DNA of 64,000 nucleotides from positions 1 to 64,000 of IMG/VR virus record IMGVR_UViG_3300043788_000049; one strand, written 5' to 3'. The notes beneath the pieces are model-generated. The model ran no database searches and had not been told where the DNA came from. It saw only the letters and a program-made list of their open reading frames with translations. Positions within the stretch are counted from its first letter, which is position 1. Each line of letters starts with the position of its first letter. The position numbers and the translations under genes are program-made. Below are positions 1 to 10,300 of this stretch, piece after piece. This stretch comes from a virus.

Positions 1-1212
1 AGCCTGACCGAGAAGGCGCCCAACTTCCGAGATGCCCTGCATGAACCCAGACGGGACCGCGCCGTAGAGTGCGGCCGTCCCCACATCGCGAAGCGCCGGC
101 ATGAGACCATTATCCTCGCCGGCCGCCGCGCGCTGGCGCTGGATCATCGGTTCTACAATGCCCTGCCCGGCGGCATTGAGCGCTGCGCCGCGCGCGGCGG
201 CTTCGGCAACGTTCAATCCGGCTCTTTTGAGGCCAGTCAGCCCCAGCGTCTCCGCCAGCTTCGCCTCGCCGGGGCCAGCGGCCAGAAGCGCGAAATTAAT
301 CGGCGAGCGCGCCCAGCCGAGGAAATGCCCGACCCCGCTCACAATGTCAGGGATGACCCCGCCGCCCGTCTTGGCGTAAGCGCGCGTGTCGGCCCCTTCG
401 ACACTTTTATATAGAGCCATCCCGTCATCGAGGACTGAACGGTTCGCGCCGATCGTGCCCAGGATGTCCCGCTCGCGGTCGGAATTGCCGCTGTATTTCT
501 CGGCTAGGTTCTGCAGGTCTTGCTGATAAAGATTGCGCTCGGCCTGCTGGACCTTGCTCATCCATTCTGGTGAGCCAAACATGATCGGGTTTTCGGGCGT
601 GCTCTGGGCCTGAACAATCTGCTTTGCTTGTTCGAGATAGTCCCCCATGAGGGGGTTCTTCATTTTGACGCCTGTCGCCTCATTGATGGCGTCGTTGCGG
701 CGCTGGACCGCTTCGCCGATCGCATTGCTCTGGGCGTCATAGACATCATGATAGCGAGAACTGTCCTGGGCGGTGTTGAGCAGATTGTTGAGAACGCCGC
801 CATGAGGCATCCACTCCGCTTCTGACCTGATGGCTGCTCCAAGCAAGGATTTAAAAGCGCTGGGTTGCGGTGGGGGCGTAGGCAGCCCCGCGGCGTCCGG
901 GGCCGATGCGCCAGGGACCGTCGCGGGCGAAACGAGGTCCTTGGCTTCCCTGATCGCCTCGCCGGCCAGCGTGTCGCTCAACGGCGGCGCGGGGCCGCTC
1001 TTGACATTGCCTGCCTGCAGATCGGTGGAGAGCGGCATCCCGGCGGCGAGCATCCCGGCGGAGACGCGGTGACGCTGATTGAGTTCGTCGTCCGCAGGAT
1101 CAAGTTCGCTATGGGCGTTCGGCAGGTGCGTGAGGTCGAACTGCCGCATCGGTGGCATGGCCGAGGGCGGCGTCGGTGAAACCATCGCCTGATCGGTCGC
1201 GGCGTCGGCCAT
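1..1212 (-). CDS. Large internal virion/ejection protein, N-terminal part (runs off the window start)
   Basis: ATG at 1212-1210 overlaps the TGA of the upstream gene (TGATG). Frame reads MADAATDQAMVSPTPP... and appears open towards position 1. Lies after tail and ejection genes. Confidence 0.7.
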   Translation of the reverse strand, partial: MADAATDQAMVSPTPPSAMPPMRQFDLTHLPNAHSELDPADDELNQRHRVSAGMLAAGMPLSTDLQAGNVKSGPAPPLSDTLAGEAIREAKDLVSPATVPGASAPDAAGLPTPPPQPSAFKSLLGAAIRSEAEWMPHGGVLNNLLNTAQDSSRYHDVYDAQSNAIGEAVQRRNDAINEATGVKMKNPLMGDYLEQAKQIVQAQSTPENPIMFGSPEWMSKVQQAERNLYQQDLQNLAEKYSGNSDRERDILGTIGANRSVLDDGMALYKSVEGADTRAYAKTGGGVIPDIVSGVGHFLGWARSPINFALLAAGPGEAKLAETLGLTGLKRAGLNVAEAAARGAALNAAGQGIVEPMIQRQRAAAGEDNGLMPALRDVGTAALYGAVPSGFMQGISEVGRLLGQA

Positions 1213-4200
1213 CACTCAGCCTCAGCCGTCTGGGGTGCCGGCTCGCCAGCCTCTAGCAGTTGCCCCGGCGTTGTGGCCGGGGTGCGCTGTGGCGACGCCT
1301 TCGGCTTGAGGAAGGCGTCACCCGCGCGATCGCCCATCATGCTCCGGACCTGATCGAACTGGAGTATCCATTGCTTGCCGTTCTGCCCGAAAACTGGCTT
1401 GGGATTTTCGCCGTTCGGGTCGTGGAGATAGACGGCATAATCGCCGTGGAATAGGCCGTCCTGCTGATCCGGAACCGCTCGAAGCCATGCCTCTTTAAGA
1501 TCGACCGCCTTGAAGTTGCCGCGGGGCGGATTGGGCAGTTGGGACAGATCGCGGTCGGTGATCTTGTTGATCACATCGTCGAATTTGTTGGCTCGAACGT
1601 CTGGCGGGACGAGCACCTTCTGCTGGTTCCCAGCCCAATAGCCGCCGCGATCGATGACGCCGCCATACCAGTTACCGTCCTTATCCTGGGTCGCGCCAAG
1701 CGCCTTCTGATAAGCGGTATCGATAAAAGTATTATCGACAAAGCTCTTGTCAGCCTTGGGATCGCGACCATCGCGATAAGCCTTCGCGCTCATCAGCAAA
1801 TTCGCCATTTCGCGCGTCTGGGAAGTGTAGATGTCGCCAAGCGCCTGACTGGCGTTGCCCAGCGGGTCCTGGCGGCCCTGGCCGAGAATGCTTTCATTGA
1901 ACCGAGGCACGTCGCTCTTGATGGATTTATCGTGGAGCGCCGCTGTGACCTGGGCGATGTCATCGATCGCCCCCGGATCGCCACCCTGGAGAGCGAGCCT
2001 TCCCATGCCCGCAAAGGCCGGCGCATCCGCGCCAATCTCCTTGAAGACGGAGCCAGCCTGCGAGCCCATGCCGGCGACGACGCTGCTCGCGAGATTGATC
2101 ATCGGCTGGCCGCCGTTGCGTGCGATCTGGCGAAACTGCGCCTTCTCCTGAGGCTGGAGATATTGCGGCTCGCCCAGCCCGTAGAAGTTTGCAACCTTTT
2201 CCGCGTCCGCCGCGCGCTGGCGCATATCGCCAACGATGGTTTGGCTGTTGGGATCGAGGGCTTTGACGCCAGGAAGCACGCCATCCTTGACCGCCCGCCC
2301 GAACGCATTCTTCGCAATTTCGCCCTGGTAGGACTTGAGCCACTTCTGGGAGGCGTCGAGCGCTGCGGCTTTGGCGTCGGTGTCTGAACTGTTCGGCTGG
2401 GTCTGGACCTGCTTGACGTATTCGGCCTCCATGTTGTCGACGTTGGCCTGGACTTGGGCCGGCGAGAGGCCGCGGAAGCTGTTGATGGCGTTGCGAGTGG
2501 CCGCGAACTCCGCATAGCGCTGTCGAACCTCTGGGTCTTGGTGGGCGGAATAGCGGTTCTTGTAGTCGTCCGCGGTGTCCTGGCCGACCGGCTGGCCCTT
2601 GATGAGATCAGACGTTGCTGACTTGAGCGCCGCCTTGGCGTCCGTCGATTCCTGCTTCTGACCTTCCGAATTGCGCCGCTCGATCGTCGCAACCGCGTTC
2701 TGGAGCTGCACGCCAAGTTCGGCCTTCTCATCCGGCTTTAGGGCATCGAGGATGGTGCCGGTCTTGCCCGGAGCGAACGCCCCTGGTGCGCCGGTTGCGC
2801 GCGAGCCGGGGACAGGCTGCGTCGAGCCATCCTTCATCACATAGACGAGCGACCCATCCCGAGCATTGGCGACATGGTCGACGCCGTCCGGGCGCTTCGG
2901 ATTGATGCTGTCCGCCTTAGCGCCAAGATCGATCGGCTGGCCGCCTAGAGGAATTAGATCGCGCCCTGGACCCGCCGCGCCGGTCTGGTCGATCGGCAAA
3001 GGCTTTTCTTGGCCTGGAGCCGGACGCGCACCCCTTCTTTTTTGAAATGCCTCCGTGTCCTGTTCCATGAACCGGTGCATTTCTTGGTAGCGGGATTCCG
3101 CCGTCGCTACGTCAGCATAAGCGGGAAATTTCTCGATACCCTCTGCCTTGGCGCGGGCGAGCGCATCTTTTGGCGGCAAAATCTTACCATCCCAGACGGT
3201 TGGAATGTTGTAGGTTTTTCCGCCTATGTCCACTGAGGTTTGGAAAAGCGATGATCGGCTTCCATCGGCATTGTCTACCCCGCCCGGACCATAAAGATTT
3301 GTCAAATGCCTCTGATAGAGCGCTTGTTCCTGCTGCGTCATCTTCAGTGTGCTATTCGCTACATTGAAATTCGTTTGATCCGGTGGACCGGCGCCTTGTG
3401 TTGTGACTGCCGCAGGCGGAGAAAGCCCAACAAAAGCTCCCGACCCTCCATTGGAATAAGCCTGGAACGCCGTCTGTGAGTAGTTTGCGCGCTTGGTGCT
3501 TTCGTCCGGCCCCTGGTCCTTGGGCTTCTCGAAATAGCGCATCCAGATGTCGCTGGCCTCTTTGACGCTCCCGGCGCGATTGACCGCATCCCAAACGGAC
3601 GTCCTGCCGTCCGGCATCATCATCTGCGAGGATTCAAACTTGGCGTAGGCGAGTTGGGTAGCCGGATCGTTGATGTCCTGGCCATTCGCCTTTGCCCAGG
3701 CTTGAGCCTGCGTCCAACGCTCGCCGTTCCATTGGAACTGACCATGCGAGTCTTCATTGTCCCAATTTCCGGCAGTCGTTCGAAGACTGCTTTCTCGGAT
3801 GCCATTGCCAGTGATCGCGGCCGCGCCGATCGGCGATGCGCCAAAGTGAGTAACGAGAGAGCCGGTGACAGCCGTGGCGCGCTGGCGCAATTCAGCCGCA
3901 GAAGCCGGCGGCGCGCTCCAGTCGGAAATGCCGCCGCCGCTTATACCCGGCTGCATCTGATAATAAGGAAGGAGCCGCTTTAATTCAGACGTGTCGCCGG
4001 TCTGGTCCGCGCGCGCGATGGCGATCCGAAGTTGCGCGTAGCTGTAGTTGTGAGCGAACTCCAGCGATCGTTGTTGCCGTTGTTCGGGCGTGATGTAGCC
4101 CTTAGCGACTGCCGCATCGAGCCGCGCGCCGTAGGAACTGATCAGGCTGTTTCGCTGGTTGTCGTCCTGCGTGGAGAGGGCGCCGTTGATCGTGTCGGTT

Positions 4201-4667
4201 TCGGCCTGCCCGAGGCCGGCGACCTCATTCTGGGTGTTAAGCCCGTGGATATGATCGCCAACGGCGATATTGGCCTTCGCCAGCGTCGGGGCCTGCTCGG
4301 TCAGCCAGTTATCGCGCTGCGGTCCTTCTGGAAAGAATTTTGCCGCATTGGCCGCGACCTGATTGAACCGGTCTGGATAATTGTTCTGCTGGACCGCATT
4401 GGGGTCCGTCTCCTTGCGAAGGTCATTCTCGGTGTTGATGAGCCCGACCTGCATGGCCGAATTGGCCTTGGCCGTGGCAAGCTGCTTGTCCTGCTGCGAA
4501 ATCTCGCCGCCGTAGAGGCCGAGATCCATCCCGGCGCTTTCGAAGCCATGGGCGAAGGTCTGCGCGCCCTGCTCCAGTTCGCGCGGTTGCCAACCGCCAA
4601 CGCCCATGCGCCGCGGCAGCTTGTCGGGAAGCGGGGCAATCGCATCTTGGCCGGGGAGCTGGGCCAT
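1212..4667 (-). CDS. Internal virion (ejection) protein with phage-tail-lysozyme domain
   Basis: 1151 aa, Ala/Gln-rich. Segment GAAAITGNGIRESSL...GQFQWNGER...TQLAY...FEKP...KRANY (about 3470-3880) matches the phage tail lysozyme pattern. Confidence 0.8.
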   Translation of the reverse strand: MAQLPGQDAIAPLPDKLPRRMGVGGWQPRELEQGAQTFAHGFESAGMDLGLYGGEISQQDKQLATAKANSAMQVGLINTENDLRKETDPNAVQQNNYPDRFNQVAANAAKFFPEGPQRDNWLTEQAPTLAKANIAVGDHIHGLNTQNEVAGLGQAETDTINGALSTQDDNQRNSLISSYGARLDAAVAKGYITPEQRQQRSLEFAHNYSYAQLRIAIARADQTGDTSELKRLLPYYQMQPGISGGGISDWSAPPASAAELRQRATAVTGSLVTHFGASPIGAAAITGNGIRESSLRTTAGNWDNEDSHGQFQWNGERWTQAQAWAKANGQDINDPATQLAYAKFESSQMMMPDGRTSVWDAVNRAGSVKEASDIWMRYFEKPKDQGPDESTKRANYSQTAFQAYSNGGSGAFVGLSPPAAVTTQGAGPPDQTNFNVANSTLKMTQQEQALYQRHLTNLYGPGGVDNADGSRSSLFQTSVDIGGKTYNIPTVWDGKILPPKDALARAKAEGIEKFPAYADVATAESRYQEMHRFMEQDTEAFQKRRGARPAPGQEKPLPIDQTGAAGPGRDLIPLGGQPIDLGAKADSINPKRPDGVDHVANARDGSLVYVMKDGSTQPVPGSRATGAPGAFAPGKTGTILDALKPDEKAELGVQLQNAVATIERRNSEGQKQESTDAKAALKSATSDLIKGQPVGQDTADDYKNRYSAHQDPEVRQRYAEFAATRNAINSFRGLSPAQVQANVDNMEAEYVKQVQTQPNSSDTDAKAAALDASQKWLKSYQGEIAKNAFGRAVKDGVLPGVKALDPNSQTIVGDMRQRAADAEKVANFYGLGEPQYLQPQEKAQFRQIARNGGQPMINLASSVVAGMGSQAGSVFKEIGADAPAFAGMGRLALQGGDPGAIDDIAQVTAALHDKSIKSDVPRFNESILGQGRQDPLGNASQALGDIYTSQTREMANLLMSAKAYRDGRDPKADKSFVDNTFIDTAYQKALGATQDKDGNWYGGVIDRGGYWAGNQQKVLVPPDVRANKFDDVINKITDRDLSQLPNPPRGNFKAVDLKEAWLRAVPDQQDGLFHGDYAVYLHDPNGENPKPVFGQNGKQWILQFDQVRSMMGDRAGDAFLKPKASPQRTPATTPGQLLEAGEPAPQTAEAE

Positions 4668-5290
4668 CAGGGTAACGGAGCGCTATAGCTATCGGGCATG
4701 GTGCTATAAGTGTTGCCTAAATAATTGCCAGCGCCGGTCCCCAGGCCAAAGCCCATGCCTGCCCCGCCGCGTCCGCTATAGGCCAGCGTGCGAAACATCG
4801 AGCCGGCCCCGCCCGCCAGCGTCCCGACAGCGGCATAGCGAGATCCTTCTTCTGCAATCGATCCGCCGTAAGCCGCCGCCCGGCCCATGCTGGTCAGGCC
4901 CGCCGCCTGATTTTCTCCCTGCGACAGGCTCATCAGGGCATTGTATTCGCCGCGGCCGGCGATCTGGCTCCCGAGGCTGATGACGGATGGCGCCGAGGCC
5001 GAAGCGCCCGATCCCGCCGCGCGCGCCGTCAGGGTTGACTGGACCAACCGCGTCTCGCGCTGCTGCTCCATCATCTGCCGCTGCGCGGTTGCCGTAGCCT
5101 CATCGGCCTGGACGCCATATTCCTGCTGCTGATATTGGCCCATCGCAGCGGCGTTCTTGCCCGAGGCCAGGGTGCCCATCGCGCCAACGCTCGCACCCAC
5201 GGCGCTCATGGCGAGGCCGCCCGCTGTCATCAAGGTGACTGGATCGCGTGGAACGCTGTGGAGAAATGGCAGGCGGTCAAGGAAGCTCAA
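4667..5290 (-). CDS. Small internal virion core protein (T7 gp14-like position and composition)
   Basis: Gly/Ala-rich, with DPVTLM..GLAMSAVGA and RAAGSG motifs. Sits between the GNAT-like and ejection genes. Confidence 0.7.
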   Translation of the reverse strand: MSFLDRLPFLHSVPRDPVTLMTAGGLAMSAVGASVGAMGTLASGKNAAAMGQYQQQEYGVQADEATATAQRQMMEQQRETRLVQSTLTARAAGSGASASAPSVISLGSQIAGRGEYNALMSLSQGENQAAGLTSMGRAAAYGGSIAEEGSRYAAVGTLAGGAGSMFRTLAYSGRGGAGMGFGLGTGAGNYLGNTYSTMPDSYSAPLP

Positions 5291-5666
5291 GGACGTAGAC
5301 CCTCAGCCCGTTAATCTCTCTTTTCTCAAATCCTAGCCTTAAAAGCCAGCGTTCTCCCGCAGGATGGGTCTCAGAGGTCGCCACGACGCGCGGAATGCCC
5401 ATCTCCTTGGCAAGTTTAACCGTTGCTAGCCCGGCCTTGTGGAGGGCCATCGGATATTGCCGGGCCTCATCCGTCAGATCGGCGAACATGAGGCGGACAT
5501 TGTTGGGCAAGAAGGCGATGCCGCCAATCCCCACCACGCGATCCTCGACGCGGGCAGCGAAAGCTCGAACCCGGTAGGGCGCGGGCGCGGGCTTGCCATA
5601 GAGGGCGAGGGTATAATTCTCGAAGTCAGCCGCCGTCGCTGGGCCGACGATGATCGGGGGCTTAAT
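5277..5666 (-). CDS. GNAT-like tail assembly/acetyltransferase protein (start uncertain; ATT at 5666 or ATG at 5786)
   Basis: IVGPATAADF...VVGIGG...RWLLRLGF, typical of the podovirus gp13-like GNAT family downstream of tail tube B. Confidence 0.65.
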   Translation of the reverse strand: MKPPIIVGPATAADFENYTLALYGKPAPAPYRVRAFAARVEDRVVGIGGIAFLPNNVRLMFADLTDEARQYPMALHKAGLATVKLAKEMGIPRVVATSETHPAGERWLLRLGFEKREINGLRVYVLELP

Positions 5667-8496
5667 TGCTTGTCTCGATCTGGAAGGTGATGCCGAGCAC
5701 GGTCGCTGGTCGCGGCGACTTGGCCTGCAGATAGACGCGGTAGTCGGTATCGGCGTCACCGGCAATCTCGAATTGCTTGCCGTCATACTGCGTCCAGATC
5801 GTCCCCGCCGAGGTCACGGCTCCATATTCGACCAGGGGAAGCGCATCGAGGACTGCCGGCACCGAGAACAGCCCGCTCACCGTCACGGTAGGGTCGTTTG
5901 GCGTGTAGCGGCCGTAATTCACTCCCTGATAATGCGTTGACGCCAGCACCATGCCGATATGGTCGACGCGCTTTACCTGATTGAGGGCCGATCCCATCTT
6001 GGCCGCATAGGCGAGCTTGGCTGAGATGAACTCTGAATTATACGGCAACCCCACCACGGCCTGCGTCACCGTCACGCCGTTCGGAACAATGACGACGCCC
6101 GCGCCACTCACCACAGCCGTTCCGAGGTCATCGGTGATCCCTGTCACGCTATTCGTGCCCCAGATCGCGACGGTCTGTCCGGCGAGATAGGTAAAGCCCG
6201 AGAGCGCGCTAGTCGCAGCCTGTGGCCCGTTCGGGCCGTAAACCAGCATGCTGTCGACGTTCTTGGTGATCGCCGCACCCAGGCATTCATCGATCCTGGC
6301 AAATTTCTCCAGGTAGCGTTTGGTCGCGCCGCCGATGGTGCGATTGACCACGACATAGACCTGATCCTCGATCGCCCCTGGCAGGACCATGACCTTCTCG
6401 ATCGTCCCGTTTGGCGTCTGAATTTTCCAGAACGCCTCCACCTGATCGTCCACATCGAAGACGAAGGAGACGATCACGCCGTCGGCGCGCACGAGGTTGA
6501 TGCGCGTGTCGGGCTGGCGCTGCACGCGCAACGCAACAAAGCCCGGCAGCCCTATCTCACGGTTAAAGCGGGTCAGATCGGAGGGCCGGTAGTTGTAGAT
6601 CCCGATGTCATAGATGAGCTGATAGAGCCGGGCCCCGGACTGGTCGATGTAGACCGCGCGCTGATCGACGCGCCCCGCCTGGATCGGGTAGGAGCCGTTG
6701 GTCACGGATTGTTTCAGGTTGAAGTTCGTCGGCGTCAGGGGAGAGTTGATCGCGTCCGACAGGGCGGCGATGATCGAGGTATCCGCTCCGGCTAGCAGGT
6801 GATCGAGCGACAGAAGCCAATTGATGTTGGCGATCGGCCCCTTGCCGATGGACTGGTCGATCAGCGCCGCGTCCCCGATCGCGTCGAAGTCGAAGTTGGT
6901 GTAATCGTCCGACATCGACCCCCACCACCGATCGGCCCCGGCCCACCAAAGCCGCCCCTCGTGGAGTTCGACGGAGGTCGGCCAGCCCTCGAAGTTCGAC
7001 CACTCCGATTGCCGCCAGTCATGGCTCGCGGTCGTGTTGTAGAATGGAACCAAGACTTCGATGTTGGCCGAGGTTGAACTGTTGACGGCCGTGATGTGCC
7101 CGACGCCATAACCACCACCGCCGGCATAGTTTATGGTGACGACCATCGTGCCGCTGGTGTAGGCGCCGGGGCCAAACCCAACCTTATACCAAATTATCTC
7201 GTTATTCAGATAATCATTGACCGTGCCGGTCTGGTTGGCGCTGAAGGTGGTGTAGGCAGTAAATCCGGCTATAGCGCTCTCAAAGGACCGAAAGACCGTC
7301 GCCGTGCCTGACCAAGTCCCTGAGACTGATTCGGTAAAGCTCCGATCGGCCACCTGCACATTGGCCGAGCCATTGTTGATCAGCGAAACACCCTGGATCT
7401 CGACCGTGTCGGTATAGCTGTCCGAGGCATTCAGGCTTTGGACGATATTCTGCCCGTTATGGAAAATGCGAAATAGGGTGCCGACGTCCGACGTCTTGAA
7501 CAGCGGCGCGCTCGCCGTCAACGTGGTGTTGCCACTGAGCGCCCCCGGCGTAATGCTGATTTGAGGCTGAGGCGTCGCCGCCTCCATCGGCCCTTTGACC
7601 GGCCGATAATTGACGACCGCCCAGGAATGCGCCCCGTTGATCCTCTGGATCGAATATTGGGCGTAGCCAGCGGCAGCGAAATAGACCACATCCCCGGACG
7701 TGGTGTGGCGAAGGATAGACGGCCCGACAAGCGTGCTCTGCGGCCAGGGCGTCGGGAGCGTAAATGTCCCGGCGGCCTCCAAGGCAATCGAGGACACCTG
7801 CGTTTGTTGTAGACCAGTCGGTTGCGTAAGTGTCGTCGTGTTGGAGTTCTCGGGCGATGTCGTCGCCGAGAATTGAATGAAAACAGTCCCGACCCCGGCC
7901 CCTGGCGTGAAGGCCAGCGAATAGGTGCCGGTATCAAGCACCGTGACCGGGAAGAGGTCTACGCCGCCAGAAGTCGAGCCGACCTGAAAGCTGATCGGGC
8001 CGTTCTCCATCACAATCCGCAACGCATGCTCGGTCGTCTGATCCCCCGACGCGATCGTGCAACTCGTAGACGCAGTCGCCGTAGCCCCGGCATTAAGCGA
8101 GGCGAAGGTCAGCGTCCCCGCCGTCGCGGAGGTCGTCGCGGTCCCTGTCGCCGTCGTTGACCACGAAGCCCCAAACGCCGGAACCGTCGTCCCGACGCTT
8201 GCCCGCGTCAGCAGCGCATCGCTGATCCAGACCCGCATGGTGCTGTCGGTCAGTTCGACTAGCGCTGTGTCGGTGAACTCCGCGACGAACTCCACAAACT
8301 CCGCCGGACTATCGTTCAGGATTTCCCCAATCCACTCCGTCCCCGGCCGGAAGGTCATCGGGCCGACAATCCGCGGCATCCAGTTCACCATGGACTGCGC
8401 GGCTAAACGCACATGTTCAAGGTCAGTTCTTGCCAGCGCTAGTGGCGAAATTTCGCCCCTGTTACAACTGCTGAAAATTTCGCCCTGGCGTGCCAT
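5662..8496 (-). CDS. Tail tubular protein B / nozzle (stabilisation protein)
   Basis: 944 aa. N-terminal NRGEISP..LARTD...RPGT; internal GWPTSVELHEGRLWW..WGS..DDYTNF, typical of podovirus tube B. Confidence 0.85.
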   Translation of the reverse strand: MARQGEIFSSCNRGEISPLALARTDLEHVRLAAQSMVNWMPRIVGPMTFRPGTEWIGEILNDSPAEFVEFVAEFTDTALVELTDSTMRVWISDALLTRASVGTTVPAFGASWSTTATGTATTSATAGTLTFASLNAGATATASTSCTIASGDQTTEHALRIVMENGPISFQVGSTSGGVDLFPVTVLDTGTYSLAFTPGAGVGTVFIQFSATTSPENSNTTTLTQPTGLQQTQVSSIALEAAGTFTLPTPWPQSTLVGPSILRHTTSGDVVYFAAAGYAQYSIQRINGAHSWAVVNYRPVKGPMEAATPQPQISITPGALSGNTTLTASAPLFKTSDVGTLFRIFHNGQNIVQSLNASDSYTDTVEIQGVSLINNGSANVQVADRSFTESVSGTWSGTATVFRSFESAIAGFTAYTTFSANQTGTVNDYLNNEIIWYKVGFGPGAYTSGTMVVTINYAGGGGYGVGHITAVNSSTSANIEVLVPFYNTTASHDWRQSEWSNFEGWPTSVELHEGRLWWAGADRWWGSMSDDYTNFDFDAIGDAALIDQSIGKGPIANINWLLSLDHLLAGADTSIIAALSDAINSPLTPTNFNLKQSVTNGSYPIQAGRVDQRAVYIDQSGARLYQLIYDIGIYNYRPSDLTRFNREIGLPGFVALRVQRQPDTRINLVRADGVIVSFVFDVDDQVEAFWKIQTPNGTIEKVMVLPGAIEDQVYVVVNRTIGGATKRYLEKFARIDECLGAAITKNVDSMLVYGPNGPQAATSALSGFTYLAGQTVAIWGTNSVTGITDDLGTAVVSGAGVVIVPNGVTVTQAVVGLPYNSEFISAKLAYAAKMGSALNQVKRVDHIGMVLASTHYQGVNYGRYTPNDPTVTVSGLFSVPAVLDALPLVEYGAVTSAGTIWTQYDGKQFEIAGDADTDYRVYLQAKSPRPATVLGITFQIETSN

Positions 8497-9137
8497 TAGT
8501 CCAATTCAGCCAACGGCATACCGATCGGCAGGATCGAGCCGCGCGGCGCGCGCGAGGTAACCCAAGATCCCCAGGGCAGGCGGCCAGCGGGCAAGTCGAA
8601 CGACTCCTGCGACAGCGCCTCGATCTTCTTGCGCTTAACCAGCTTCTCCAGCCGATCGACTTTGGCGCCGTCCTGCTTGATCCGAGGCGCGATCAGCCAT
8701 GCGAGATAGCAGGCAAGATATTCAGAAAAGCCCGGCGTCCACAGGGCCATGTTGAGGCCGTAGCTCGGATCGTTGGAGACGTATTTGAAGTAGAGCGGCG
8801 CAATGTCCGCATACAGGACATAATTGACGTCTTCCATCTCTCGGATCAGCGGGTTGAACGCCTCGTTATCCGCGACTTGGTAGGTTTTGACCCAATCGGG
8901 AGGTTTGGTGAAGCAGAACTCAAAGCCAAAGGCGGGGGACTGATTCGCATCCGGGTTGAGCTGCGAAATGCGGATCGCCCATCTCCAATATCCGGAATAG
9001 AGGCAGAACAGAATGGCGTTACTCCACTCGTCATCCAAGTAACGCTTAGGTTCGCGGTTCTCCGTCAAAGAAGATAATTTTCTTTCTTCCAAGTATCGGA
9101 GTGCTGCATTGTATAGACCGATTTGTGAAGCTGCCAT
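8496..9137 (-). CDS. Tail tubular protein A / adaptor
   Basis: IGLYNAALRYL...W.WA...PPDW...F.EYLA..LA..IAP pattern, directly upstream of tube B. Confidence 0.8.
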   Translation of the reverse strand: MAASQIGLYNAALRYLEERKLSSLTENREPKRYLDDEWSNAILFCLYSGYWRWAIRISQLNPDANQSPAFGFEFCFTKPPDWVKTYQVADNEAFNPLIREMEDVNYVLYADIAPLYFKYVSNDPSYGLNMALWTPGFSEYLACYLAWLIAPRIKQDGAKVDRLEKLVKRKKIEALSQESFDLPAGRLPWGSWVTSRAPRGSILPIGMPLAELD

Positions 9138-9142
9138 AATAC

Positions 9143-9649
9143 TTACCCCGCTCTCGCGAAATCGCCGAAATACTGTGATGCGGCGGATACGTATACAGCG
9201 TGGGCCTCTTCCTTCGTTTCAAATCTGCCAAGATAGAAGCACTGTCCACTCACCGTGATTTGCGCGTTCCATTTTCCAGCACACCAACGGACCCCTTTAA
9301 ATCCCGAGGTATTGGTTGATCGCTTCGGCGTGTTGGCCATGTTCCCGCTGCGCGTCGCCTCGCGGAGATTGGCCCAGCGGTTATTGCCCTTGTCCAAGTC
9401 GATGTGGTCAAGCTCGTGCGGCCAGCGTTCCGTCATATAGAAGAAGGCGAGGCGGTGGGCTTTGTAGAGCACCTTGTCGATCATGAGCGGCGTGTGCCGC
9501 CCCTTGCCAGGGCAGCCCGCCCGCTGGCCTTTCTGAGCGCGCGAGCCCATTGTGACCAGCCATGTGAACTCGCCACTGAGCGGGTCGTAATGGACGACCT
9601 CACGCAGACGCGCGTAGGTCAGCGGCGGGTTCTGCATCGGCTTCGCCAT
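9143..9649 (-). CDS. HNH homing endonuclease with C-terminal AP2-like domain
   Basis: YDPLSGEFTW...AHRLAF...DHIDLDKGNNRWANLREAT...NTSGFKGV...YLGRF. ATG at 9649 overlaps the upstream TAA. Confidence 0.85.
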   Translation of the reverse strand: MAKPMQNPPLTYARLREVVHYDPLSGEFTWLVTMGSRAQKGQRAGCPGKGRHTPLMIDKVLYKAHRLAFFYMTERWPHELDHIDLDKGNNRWANLREATRSGNMANTPKRSTNTSGFKGVRWCAGKWNAQITVSGQCFYLGRFETKEEAHAVYVSAASQYFGDFARAG

Positions 9650-10143
9650 TACCTCGCCTTCTGGGCGTTGAGCCAATCCCTCAACCACACCGCGGCTTCC
9701 TCGCGACTTTTGAGTTTACCATCGCCCTTGATCACCTTGCCATCGCTCTTGCGAATGACCTGATGACCACGAATCATCCCACCGTCCTCGATGAGATAAT
9801 CGTCCTCCGCCCTTTGGAGCGGGGCGTTCTCGCCGATTTCGAGCTTGGTGAGGAGCCGGACATCGGCCCAGGTGCCGTAGGAGCCGAAAACGATCAGCTC
9901 GGCGTAGCGGTTTTTCTTTTCCCAGATGCAGACGATCTTGGCCGGGCAGGTGAGCTTGGCGGCGACATGCGCCCAGAACTTGCGGTCGAGGACATCGACG
10001 ATGCTCACTTCGTCGTTGATGTAGGCGCACCACACGTTCTGCCGGCTCTCGCCGAGGAAGAACTGCCGTTCGGCCAGGGGCTCGGCCTGCTTGCGCTCCG
10101 GGGCGGCTTCTGTCTTCGGCTTTTCGAGGGTTTCGGTGGGCAT
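9649..10143 (-). CDS. Hypothetical morphogenesis-region protein
   Basis: AGGAG SD before ATG at 10143 (MPTETLEKP); TAATG coupling to the next gene. Confidence 0.6.
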   Translation of the reverse strand: MPTETLEKPKTEAAPERKQAEPLAERQFFLGESRQNVWCAYINDEVSIVDVLDRKFWAHVAAKLTCPAKIVCIWEKKNRYAELIVFGSYGTWADVRLLTKLEIGENAPLQRAEDDYLIEDGGMIRGHQVIRKSDGKVIKGDGKLKSREEAAVWLRDWLNAQKAR

Positions 10144-10195
10144 AAGGCCACTCCTTGTGGGTCTGCCCGCTAGTCCTACCACCGATATGGTCAAC

Positions 10196-10224
10196 AAAAA
10201 AGCGGCGGTGGTGAGCCGCCGCTT
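10196..10224 (-). terminator. Rho-independent terminator after the glycosyltransferase cassette
   Basis: Stem AAGCGGCGG/CCGCCGCTT followed by a T-run on the minus strand; TTGACC (-35-like) lies just downstream. Confidence 0.7.
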
Positions 10225-10300
10225 CAAGTCTAAGGGAGGAAGACGCCCAGGCCCCCAGGGGTAGAGGGGCGGGGCTTCCGAATCAGACCTTAGCACACTT

